Shown one piece after another: positions 49,141 to 60,000 of a stretch of DNA of 60,000 nt (positions are counted from its first letter, which is position 1; every line of letters begins with the position of its first letter). Where the stretch lies: assembly GCF_018977255.1 (NCBI RefSeq), contig NW_024704743.1, positions 78,308,001 to 78,368,000 of the forward strand. The letters run 5' to 3'. A program made the translations under genes and the position numbers. This DNA is from Callorhinchus milii. Taxonomy: Eukaryota. Below the pieces are notes generated by a model. The model was not told the origin of the DNA, did not search any database, and was given only the letters and a program-made list of their open reading frames with translations.

Positions 49141-50080
49141 GCAATACAATACAAAATTACATTTGTAAAGCACCTTTGACATCAGGAGGACGTCCCAAGG
49201 TGCTTTACAAATGTAATTTTGTATTGTATTGCAGTCAGGGATTAGGATCCAAGCGGGAGGTCAGGATTGGGGAGAGTGGAGGGCAGGAAGGATAGGAGGA
49301 TGGCTGAAGGCTCAGTTTAATACGAGGATTTTGAGACGCACCTTAAAGGAGGCAAGGGAGGGAATGAGGCGAAGGGAATGTGGGATGGAGTTCCATAGGG
49401 TGGGGGCAGAAAGGCTGAAGGTCTGGCCACCGATGATAAGGCAGGCCAGGCGGGGGACGTGGAGCAGGCCAGAGTCTGCTGAGCAGAGGAAATAGAGGTT
49501 GCAATGGGGTCAGCAGGTCACAGAGGTAGGGAGGGGCAAGGCCGTTCCATGGAACTCAGTATCACTGGTAACCATTTCCACGTCAGGTTAAAGCACAGAT
49601 CAGGCCTTAAAGGTGAGGACGAGGATTTTGAACTCTATCCTCTGGGGAATGGGGAGCCAGTGGAGCCGGGCAAGAATGGGGGTGATAGGGTAACGGAGCC
49701 TAGTGCAGGAGAGGACACGATCTGCAGAGTTCTGGATAATCTGTAGCTTGAGGAGGGAAGAGTTGGGAAGGCTGGCTTGACAGACTAGACTGTGAGTTCA
49801 AAGTCCCAACTTCAACAACAACAACATGGATTTATATAGCGCCCTCCACGCCAGACGACGTCTCAGAGCACTTCACAGTAACGGATCCCGGGGCCGAGCC
49901 AGGGGGAGGGGGAGGAAGGTGACCAAAGGCGCCGTCGAAGAGAAAGGTCTTCAGCAGAGACCTGAAATTAGGAAGAGAGGGAGTGAGGCGAAGGGAGTGA
50001 GGAAGGGAATTCCAGCGCCTCAGGGCATAGAAGGGTGGAGTGGAGGACTCGGGGGACGAGGAGGAGGCCAGACCCGGAGG
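49141..50080 (-). mobile_element. Two L2 3' fragments in tandem (49141-49780; 49814-50080)
   Basis: L2 C-terminal motifs on the minus strand; (TACAA)n and (CAA)n tails. Confidence 0.82.
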
Positions 50081-51246
50081 AACAAAGGCAACTTGGGGTT
50101 TAAACCCACAACCATCTGACTTAGAGGTCTGCTATCAACTGAGCCAGGCTGACACCTGGAATAGAATAAAGAATATTTTTGTTCTTCAAAATATGTTAAA
50201 AGTTCATGATCTGCAAACAGCTTATTTCTAGCTTTTTTTTCTTGATGCCAGAAAAAACACTGTATTTCTACACTTTCCATATAGTATGTTGACTTTTAGT
50301 CAAAGTCTTGGACTCTCAACTAATTTCACAACTAAGGTTATTTTGGAGAGATTTGTGTTACTCAAGGTGAATAATATCAGTCCTGGGGAATGGAACATTT
50401 CTCTCCATGGAACTCAGTATCACTGGTAACCATTCCCAGGTTAAAGCACAGAGCAGATTTAGAGTAAAGTTCCCTCTAATTTAACAGCACCTTCTAATGT
50501 ACCAGTGTGAAGGTTTCCAATTACCATAAAACAATCCCCAAGTCCTCTATGGGGGTAAATAAGACACTCGATAGTGAACTTTACTTTCCCACAATAGGCA
50601 CAGGACTCACAAGCCCAATAACACTTGCAAGTAGCACACTGTTGTTTTGTCCCTTTGAGTGGCACAGCCAAGTTAATTATAGTTGAGGAGATTTAACGGT
50701 TTGGACCCAAGCCCGTTAGGAACTGATCTGACATTATCCCAAACTCAGTTCATGTGGGACACTTACTGCTAAAAGAAAGGAGACATTCATTCAGTCACTT
50801 TGAGCTCTATTTGAATTTAGTTCTCAGTGGTAAAAGGTAATGTGCCACCACAATGCCCAGACTCTTTCAATGTAACATGAAAACGATTCATTAAATTTAC
50901 CTTAAAAAGTGATTGTCGCTGTACAGTACGATCAACCCATTAAACTAACAAGAGGTTGGCTCACTAAAGAGGAAGAGGCCCATGCAGAATTAATGGAATG
51001 TTTTTCACACACTGCAGAAATGCCTCAAACTATCAAATCATCAGGATGAATAAACGTTGAGTATTTAATGTGAAATTTCATTTTGCAGTAAATTTACTTC
51101 AATGTCACAAATACATCAATGTATTAATAGACTAGATAGACTGAAGGTCTCCACCAACCTGAAATGGTTATAATGAAATGTAGTCAATAAATGTAAACTG
51201 AGCGAACAGTAAAACATATTTTTGATAACAGTTTTCATTCCAGTAG

Positions 51247-51617
51247 TCAGTCTGGCTCAGTCTGTAGCGCTCTCGCCTTTGAGTCAGAAGACTGTGGGTT
51301 CAAACCCCACATCATATCTAACTGACATTCCAATGCGGTATTGCATTGTTGGAGGTGCCTTTGGATGAGATGTTAAACCGAGATCCTTAGAGAGCCCATG
51401 ACACCACTTGAAAAAAGAAGTAAGTTTCTCCAGGTGTAATCCCAATAAAATTGGTCATTTCATTTCACAGTTGTTTTTGAGACATTGCTGTGTAAAATTG
51501 GGCTGCTGTGTTCACCTACAAATCCACAATCATTCCACTTTACAGTATATCCAGTGAAGTGCTTTGGGACATCCTTCAAACTTGAAAAGTACTAAACCAA
51601 ATGCAAGGATTATTATT
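51247..51617 (+). mobile_element. Older SacSINE1-like SINE, near full length
   Basis: tRNA-like head TGGCTCAGTCTGTAGCGCTCTCGCCTTTGAGTCAGAAGACTGTGGGTTCAAACCCC, Deu-like core and family tail. Confidence 0.75.
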
Positions 51618-52194
51618 CTCAAGACAATTCTTTGCCTACATTTTAACAGATGCTTTTCTTAATCCACTGTTCAGCAATTTTTACACTATCCCCTTAGCAC
51701 TATTCCATCTCACTATAATTTCTTTTGAAACGAGAATTCTTATGTTATAATATAAAATGTAATAAACAAACAATGTAATGGTATTTTAACTATTGCAAAT
51801 AAAGTATTAAGAGCCTTACATAACATCCTAAGATTATTGATAGCTTACTTATAATTTTGTGATATCTATTGAATTGTACAATATATAGATTTTGCACAGT
51901 GATATAATGTATTGATCGTGTATATTATATTGTATTGATGAATCATAATGAAAGGGTCATCCAAAAATCGCTGGATCCCTCCCAGGAAAAGCTGACAGCG
52001 ACACAATCTTAATTCTAATAAACATTCTAAAATGTTACTGTACAGAACAATCTCGGGTCACAGCCAAGTTCTCACATGAAATTTATAGGATCTTTCAGCA
52101 ACATTGTAGTCTAGCCTGCACCATATTCCTTGTGTAAGATTAGAAAAAGCACCATATATGAAAAATGCATGTCAGATATGATTAGAGTACCCAC

Positions 52195-52420
52195 CTCTAG
52201 TTTAGCATCTTTAAAGGTCACTGTCTGGATCTCATTGACAAGACTAGTTGTCGTAAAAAGGACAGCTTGTTTTTCGCCATCAATTGTCACAGCTGCCTGA
52301 ATGATTCCTTCTTTTGACAAGACTCTCCACAAATCAAAGTGCTGCTTGTTAGTTGGGCTCTTTAAGCGTAATGTGGCAACAAATACATAGGAAGGAGGAA
52401 GGCCCTCTGGAAATACGTCC
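52195..52420 (-). CDS. col21a1: Collagen XXI-like exon: TSPN (DVFPEGLPPSYVFVATLRLK...DAKLE)
   Basis: 226 nt, tgcag| and |gtgggt, phase 2 to 0; within ORF 52111..52437. Confidence 0.95.
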
Positions 52421-53274
52421 CTGCACCAAACACACAATGCTTACACTTGATACATCCAAAACAATCAGAACCAAAGCACAATCTGAAGCTTACAAGACTA
52501 GTCATTTCAACTGTACTGTGGTTAATTGCAGCAAGAATATTTTGACCAACCCAAGCCTTTAATTTAAGTTATGTTTCCATGGGTATTTAAGAACACAATT
52601 CAGGCAATACATATGAACAGTTTGATCATTTTCAAAAACATTTTTGCAAACCAGGAAAATAAATCAGGAAATGAATAACGTAAATTGCACCTTGTTCTTA
52701 AAAGCTCCTTGGGATGTAAAGTAAATTGCTTTCAGTGAACCACATATAAAATCATAAAACCATAGCAATTTACATCACAGAAGAAGGTCATTCAGCCCAT
52801 CATTTCAAACAATAAATCATATACATACAATAAAATTCTAATGACATTTTTATACCGCCTTTAATGTAGGAAAGATGTCTGAAAACAATTCATGCTGCTG
52901 CTCGGCTTCCAGCCGGGTTGGGGGAGAGAAATCATAACAACCTGTGAGACTCTGACCTGAGATCGCTTTGTGTGACATTCAGAGGGTTCTCTGTAGGTGA
53001 CTCACACTATGTCTCAAAGCATGTTTTTCAACAACAACAACAACTTGCTTGTAACTAGCATCCATCATGAAGGGTAGTGTCTCGGAGCGCTGCATAATGG
53101 TAGAGTTGGACAGCGAGCAAGGGAGAAGTGGCAGGGGAGGTGACCATAGGAACAGGCGAAGACGTAAATCTTTTCTAGTCCAAGGTGCTATTCACACTGC
53201 TTTTTTTTCAATGCATACTTTGTCAACAACTATATCCCCACATAGATGGTGAGATCTTTAACCGTAAATCATAC

Positions 53275-53440
53275 CTGGTGTTTTCAGTCACATCTGTCTG
53301 AGATGTCAGTTGAAAGGCTGGCTGTGTAGTCAAAGATCCTGGTATTTTTTGGGCTTTCTTTATGATGTTAAGGCCTATCAACAGTTCAAACCCTTTCTCA
53401 TCACGCGAAGCTACAGGAATTCTTGTAGGACATACCGATT
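53275..53440 (-). CDS. col21a1: Collagen XXI-like exon: start of TSPN/LamG domain (ESVCPTRIPVASRDEKGFELL...ENTR)
   Basis: 166 nt, gacag| and |gtatga, phase 1 to 2; within ORF 53223..53447. Confidence 0.95.
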
Positions 53441-54593
53441 CTGTCAAACAAATGAAAGATTAAAATAATTTATTGTATTTTGTAGGAAATAATTTCACAC
53501 TTTTAGCTATCAGCATTTCAGTAATGTTACATTGTTACATTATTTTGTATTTTATTTATACTCTTGTTTCTAACAGGCCACAGATTTCCCATTATAGGGA
53601 CATATCAATGTCCTTTTTCAATAAGTAGAGCTGATTAGCTCCCTTTATCATAAGGGTGGTGATAGCAGCCCTGATATAGTGCTCTTCTCTGTAGCTTAAG
53701 GCATGGGTCTACTGTGGCTTCCAGCAATGATAAGCCAGTTTCCCGCACTAAATAAATGCCCAATTTATAGGTCGTCAGGTGGTCGCTGATGTCATTTGTA
53801 ACATGACTTCACACTACGTGCAGGATGCACCACGAACAACACAAGACATTGCAAAGGAAGTGATATCAGCACACTTCCTGTACTTAGCATGAATGCAGTG
53901 ATGTTATAGGGGTGACCTGATGATCCAGAAATCATCATTTTTTCATCCTTCAATATAGACCCAGATGATCACATTATAATCTGAGGTTTGAGGTCCAAAA
54001 TATCACTTAATCTTATTCTTTAGAACTACTTTGTCTTAAACCAGCTCGCTACAGGTTAAGAATAGTTGGAATTTCAGGTCTTACGTTTGCATTGTTTTTA
54101 AAATTTGGAGAAGCACTAAAAGATGCATGTCAATAGGTCTAACAAGTTGGGAATGGAGTTGATGAATGAGGCTGTGTTGGGAATGAACTACAGTTGGAGG
54201 CAAGTGATATTCTGGAGATGGAAAATAAGGAGGTCTTGCAACTTCTTTCTCTGCCTTTAAAACCTTAACTCTTTGAACTAAATCCTTTAGTCAACATCCT
54301 CAACCCTCACCTTCCCATCCTGGCACTCTTCATGGAAAGAGATTATATAAAAGTAAGCTATCGTAATGATTTTCTGTAACTCTTGACATTTTTGGGACAG
54401 TGAGCTTGGTCTTGCCCCAGCATTTTAGTATATTTCCATCTTTCTGTAAAACCTATACATTCCTCCCTCAGCCACATACTGCATATTTCCTTATAGCTTT
54501 GAGTTGTAAGAAGTGCAACAGTCAGGCAGCAAGTCTACTACTTGCACTAAATCAAGAAAAACAACTGGCACTCGAAGAGGTGCAATCACTCAC

Positions 54594-55154
54594 CTTCACA
54601 TATCTTCTTCTGCATTGCTTCTTTAATTTTATCAATAGTTCTATAATCCTCGGCGAAAAATACGTAAGTGGAAGAAGGTTTGTTACCAATAGCCCTGAGC
54701 TCCGATTCAGTTATTTCAGATCCAACTCCAACAGCGAATATCACAACCTTTTCAGCACGTGCTTCAACGGAGGCATCGACAACATCGTCCTGCGATTTCC
54801 CGTCCGTAACAACAATGGCAATTTTGTTTTTTGCTGCTTTGGATCTTTCTGAAGATGGGAAAACGGTTTCTGTTGCAAACTTAATAGCTCGGCCCGTTTG
54901 GGTGTTTCCACCAAGGTATTTAATGTTCCCTATTGCGGATGTTACTTCTTCATTCGTCATGAGTTGACCAAATGGAATCTCTAAACGTGGTCTATCACTG
55001 TACTGGATAACAGCTACCTGGGTGTACTCTGGTCCAACGTCAAATCCACTGGTGACATTAATCAGCCAGGATTTGGCCGTTTCAAAATTGTTGAATCCCA
55101 CACTCCAGGAGCCGTCCATGATGAACACCAAGTCATTCACTGCTGTCCTGCATC
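54594..55154 (-). CDS. col21a1: Collagen XXI-like exon: von Willebrand factor A domain
   Basis: 561 nt inside ORF 54586..55296; cgacag| acceptor, |gtgagt donor. GCRTAVNDLVFIMDGSWSVG...LGGNTQTG...VVTDGKSQDD...KKICE has an intact MIDAS (DxSxS, T, D). Confidence 0.97.
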
Positions 55155-56042
55155 CTGTCGAGAGAGTAAAAAATGATTGGACTTTATTTGAATGCACAAA
55201 ATCATTAAATAAATAAATGGGTGAATATTGAAGAATAAATGTCTCAAGGGTCATTTCAATATTGGAGATTTTTTTTCTCCAGAAGCAGTTCAGCAAAACT
55301 TATCGCCTATGTAGGATTTAAAAAATGCGAATGCTGGTCAATGTTCAACAGTAAGACATTTACCCCGTGTCCCTGGAGACTAAAACCCTGCAGATGTTTT
55401 AATGAACAAGTAACCCAAAAAACATGTAACACATGCCTTCTTCGTCAGGCTGGATGGCATTGTGTGGAAAAGATAATGATCATTAGAATAAGGAAAAGGT
55501 AGAGCCCTACAATGTTCTAAAACACACTCAGCAAAATTCATAGATTATGAAAACTATAGCTTAGAGAAAACTAACTTCTGTGGTGGGTATGCTTTTTTGA
55601 ACAAACCAACATATTTTTCTAAGAATATTGGAGACTTTTTTGTATCCACCAGAAAAATGGGCTTTTCACACACGAAGACTTACACTTGTTACTCCTTGGG
55701 AAGAAGCATAGAAACTTAGCCAGAGACATATTTACGTTACTCTCTTTGTGTCTGCCCTTTGGAAATGTAATATCATAAGGCTACAGTAAAGTTTCAAAAC
55801 ATCTCCAAAGTAATTTTTGTATTTTTCTTACCTGCTGAGCATCGTTACATTTTAGAATAACTCTTTTTTGTGACTCACTTTGCAATAGTGCCAAACTAGG
55901 TGCTACATTAAATGCAAATATTTATTATTTATGAATATATCAATTACAGGTTGTTAAAACTTAATCATACCTTTTAATTGTGTGAATTCACTTAGTACAA
56001 ATGCTAAACCATATATAAATAATACACGCATACAGTACTTAC

Positions 56043-56130
56043 CCGCTCTTATTTCACCATCTGGCTCAGCAGGAAATATCAAATGTGATGATAAAAGCAT
56101 CAATAAAACTCTTAATATACATGGCTTCAT
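56043..56130 (-). CDS. col21a1: Collagen XXI-like first coding exon: signal peptide MKPCILRVLLMLLSSHLIFPAEPDGEIRA
   Basis: ATG at 56130, 88 coding nt, donor G|gtaagt. Upstream acceptor tttacag places the exon start at 56161. Hydrophobic N-terminus; phase 1 joins the next exon as G|GA. Confidence 0.9.
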
Positions 56131-57379
56131 TGTACGTTAAGGAACTTGTTAACTGTTACTCCTGTAAAGCAAATGAAAAAAACCTTTTATAAGTATTTTA
56201 CAGATCCCCAGCTCTCAACTCAAGAACCTGAGGTGAGTTAGCTTTCTTTTTGAGAAACAAGCAAAGATCCCAGTCAAATTGCTATAGCAAATGCTGTGGC
56301 TCCCAAACTAATTTTTGTAACATAAATCAAAAAATTGGTGGAAAATTCTACTCTTTGTATATTTTTAAGTTCAAGTCATGCACTTTGGAAAAGGACAACT
56401 GAGATACTGAAGCACAAAGATGGACACTAAAGAGTTTGCAGTTTCAAAAGTCTGTGAAGTTATGTGGCTAAACTTACTATAAATGCCTAACTTGTTTCTG
56501 GAATACCTCCAATATCATCAGATGGTTAACACATTTGCAGGATGTATCCTTGCAGCAATAAAGAAATTTCTTGGGGATCATTTAACTTTGTGATTCTTTG
56601 TGAAAGTTACTACATATTAAAATGAAAGTTTAAATTCAAATAATTCGTTTTAAAAGTACATTAATAATAGTTCACAAGTCTCAAAGAAAAACAGAAAATA
56701 TACTTTTTTTTCTACGGAATACAGAATAAAACGAAGACTGCTGATAAAGCAGGTGATGGGGAGAAATTTCTAGTTTCTCTAACAATGACCATCTGCTTCC
56801 TTCCCTTCAGCCAATTCAACTTTAGTCATATGTAAACATTATTAAAAATTCTGAGTCTATGTCTTGCCTTTGATACCCACTGATCTCAGTTAAAGGTAGA
56901 GTAGATTATACATCATGTGTGAAGATGCAAGTTTGATGGGCTGAATATAATAATTATAATAATGACCATTCTTTAGTCCATGCTTTATGTTTTTTTTGTA
57001 TCATACAATGGAAAAACAAATGTTTCCAGCATGGATTAATAATTCAATAATGTACCACTTATTAAACTTTCTAGCAATGTATCCTAGGGCTAACAATTTC
57101 ATGTTTTATTTGTTTCATATTCACAGGTCAGTAATCTCTAACATGCCACATTCTTTACAGGTTGTCAGATCTCTATAGTCACCAACACATGATAAAATGT
57201 CATCACACAATGACCAAGAATACACAGAGGAACTCTTGCATCTATGATGTAACATGATCTTTTCTAAAATTCCTTTCTTTAATCATTTATTTCTCTTGCC
57301 TTCTCATCTCTTGCATTTTATTTTTGGTTTTGTTTCATTTCATAATCATACTTGTTAGCTGCTCTTCCAGCAATCATCC

Positions 57380-57932
57380 ATAGATCCACACTGCACCTTA
57401 CTAAGCCAGTCTGGAATCTTGGCATCTTGTTTGATCTTCAACTATCCTCTCTGCCTTCCCCCACCACTGCAACATCGCCGGCTCCGCCACTGTCTCACAC
57501 CGCAGGCAACCAAATCCCTCATACATGCATTCATTAGATCAAGGCTCGACTATGCAAACTCCTTGCTTGTCAACCTCCCCAACTCCTCCCTCCATAGGCT
57601 GCAGATCATCCAGAACACTGCAGCCCGTGTCCTCTCCCGCACTAGGGTCCGTGACCTTATCACCCCCAACCTAGCCTGACTCCACTGACTTCCCATCACA
57701 TGGAGGATACAGTTCAAGATCCTGATCCTCACCTTCAAAGCCCTCCATGGACTTACTCCCTCCCTACCTCTGCAGCCTCCTAACCTCCTACCAACCTGCC
57801 CGCTCCCACCGCTCAGTGGGCTACAGCCTGCTTCACATTCCCCACCTTGCTCACCTCACGATTGGCAGGCGAGCCTTCTGCCACTCTCCCGACGTGAAAG
57901 GTGCTATACAAATGTAATTTTGTTGTTGTTGT
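57380..57932 (+). mobile_element. L2 LINE 3' fragment
   Basis: ATKSLIHAFIRSRLDYANSLLVNLPNSSLHRLQIIQNTAARVL; (TTG)n tail. Confidence 0.9.
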
Positions 57933-60000
57933 ATCTCATATGTGCATGAATTAAAATTGCCCACAAAACACAGTCATTCCACTTTACAGTAAATCCAGTG
58001 AAGCAATTTGAGACATCCTTCTGATGTGATCTGACAGTAAAGTATCTTAGACTAACTCTTAAATCATGCAAATGAAGCAGAACCTAACCCATTTCTTCTT
58101 TGAAACAAAGTGGGGGGAGGGGGTTGCAACAAATACAATTTCACATACATTACTGTATTGCATTGTCTTTTTTTACAAAGGCAGAATTTGTGGTGTATGT
58201 ACCTTCCCACAAACAAACCACATACATTAACAATCAGCATTTTAGCACCACCTGATTTCATACATCTGTGTTATTGGGATTATTTTATTTATTAAACTAG
58301 AGGAATATCATAGCTTTAACATACACAATTTTGACACAATACAGTATCTAGACCAAATGAAGAGCAGCCCTGATTGAACCCAAAATACTTTGTTTTGGCA
58401 TGGTTCAACAAGATACAGTATCAATTCCAGTGTTGTGCATTGTCTGATTTAATGCATTTAACAAACGTGCTGTGCATAAAATTATGGGCAATCCACCCAA
58501 GATCAGTGTACATCCTTATTATTGTAGACTGATACTCCAGATGCATTATTGGGGGAAACACTACATTGAGGTGTGGTCCTTCTTAACCCAAAGACCCATC
58601 AACCTGTCAAGTGGACATTAAAGATCCCATGGCACTATTCGTAAAGAGAAGGGAGTGTCTATAATAATAATAATCCTTACATTTGGTTTCAGCCCTTTTA
58701 TGTCAGGCGATGTCCGAAAGCACTCCACAGGATATACTGTTAAATGCAGTCACTGTGTATTTTGTAGGCAAATGCAGCAGCCAATTTGACCACTGCAAAG
58801 TTCCGCAAGCAACCATGAAGTAAAACGATCAATTTTATTTGGGGAATTGTTGGTTTAGACATCAGAAGAAACTCCCTTCTCTTTTCACAAGCAAAGGTGT
58901 ACGTAATCTGTGCATTTATTAACTCACTGTTTGTCAGACATGAGACACCAAGCCTCCTCTAAGACCTTTGAGATGTCCTGTGTGTCCAAATGTTGAACGT
59001 AACAAGGTGAAGATTTACTACCTTTAGGTGACTGAATATCAGTTACTGCCCACCTGAACTAAATAATGGCTGTGGGAGTTTGGCCACAAGTCACTGGCCC
59101 AGTTGCCACGATCAATGCCAGGTAAACAGCTCCCTCAGAACAATGTCTCATAAACAGCCATAAAGTGAATGACCAATTTTATTGAACTACAAGTGGAATG
59201 AGTTGGAGAGGAGACTCGACTTTCAATTAATTCATCATTTCAAGGTTAGGTAGCAATAATTGAAAGCTCCATTGAATTCATTTTTAACTGTAGAACAACT
59301 TTAGCATATCCATTTATCATTCCCATAATAATGTCATTTTCATAGCAATTTAGTGACACATAAAACCTAGTAATTTGCTTCTTTTCTCCTCACCTGAAAA
59401 AGCTTATGCCAAGGGAATGTAAGAAAGAACACAGTTTGACATTGTCAACTAATTACACAGCAAAAATATTCTACACTCAACCCTATCAACTTTACTTTTG
59501 GGACAAAATTGTGATCTGACCACTCATCTTCATTTCTACCACATTGGACAATTTAATGTATTTATTCCTCCCCTTTGTATTAACCCTGCAAGAGTGACAA
59601 ATGGAAATGAACTGTTCCACCTCAGAGGAGGGAACATTTGGGCTCCAAGACTTGCCCTAATTATGAATGACTCAAAAAGAGTTTGGAATAATAATAATCA
59701 TGACATTTCGCCCACAAAATACACAGTCAATTCACTTTACAGTAAATTCTGCAAAGCACTTTGAGATGTCTCAAACACGTGATAAGGTGCTATATCAGAT
59801 GCCAAAATTATTATTATTTGATATAGCAGCTTATCACATCATTGAAATGTCTGAAAGCACTTCACAGGATTTACTGTAAAGTGTAGTGATTGTATAGTTT
59901 GTAGGCAAATGAGGCAGTCAATTTGCACACAATAGTGTTCCACAAACTGCTGTACAATTGCATCAGGTAGATTGTTGTCCAGAATACTGGAAGAAATTCC

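Larger units (their letters stand above)
13285..56161 (-). other. col21a1: Collagen alpha-1(XXI)-like gene span (FACIT: SP-vWA-TSPN-COL); 3' part lies beyond the window start; non-coding first exon not located
   Basis: 16 coding exons with GT-AG sites and compatible phases give a 607-codon open frame. Domain order and motifs (CRTA.DLVFI.DGS.SVG, CEESVCPTRIPVA.RDE.GF, VFPEGLPPSYVFV, YCDP.Q...ETACEIP) match collagen XXI as I recall it. Orthologue versus paralogue is not resolved. Confidence 0.9.

Noticed and set aside
54400..54967. Plus-strand ORFs of 150 and 99 aa
   Set aside because: Antisense shadows of the vWA exon.
56162..60000. Promoter or non-coding first exon of the collagen gene
   Set aside because: No CpG island or unambiguous exon seen; a candidate donor near 59390 cannot be supported.

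Overview
Vertebrate genomic DNA, most likely a cartilaginous fish and probably a holocephalan (inferred from the SINE/L2/CR1/Penelope repertoire). The window holds the 5' two-thirds of a minus-strand FACIT collagen XXI-type gene (col21a1 or a col21a1-like paralogue). It has 16 coding exons (ATG at 56130; 1821 nt, 607 codons, all phases compatible): signal peptide, vWA with intact MIDAS, TSPN/LamG, a 12-nt microexon, a Cys linker and eight 54-nt Gly-X-Y exons. The gene runs off the window start. Introns are rich in tRNA-Ala-headed SINEs, older Deu-domain SINEs, L2 and CR1 LINE fragments, a Penelope fragment and MITE-like elements. Main hunt results: (1) a candidate decayed multi-exon 'ghost gene' of unrecognised family on the same strand as the collagen, filling its 20.4-kb intron and possibly continuing past the next collagen exon; (2) a Penelope-type minimal hammerhead ribozyme, intact at 9122-9162 beside a perfect 16-bp hairpin and core-mutated at about 19510; (3) a perfect 39-bp foldback palindrome at an L2 3' end and two local templated insertions. 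All calls are by eye; no searches were run.
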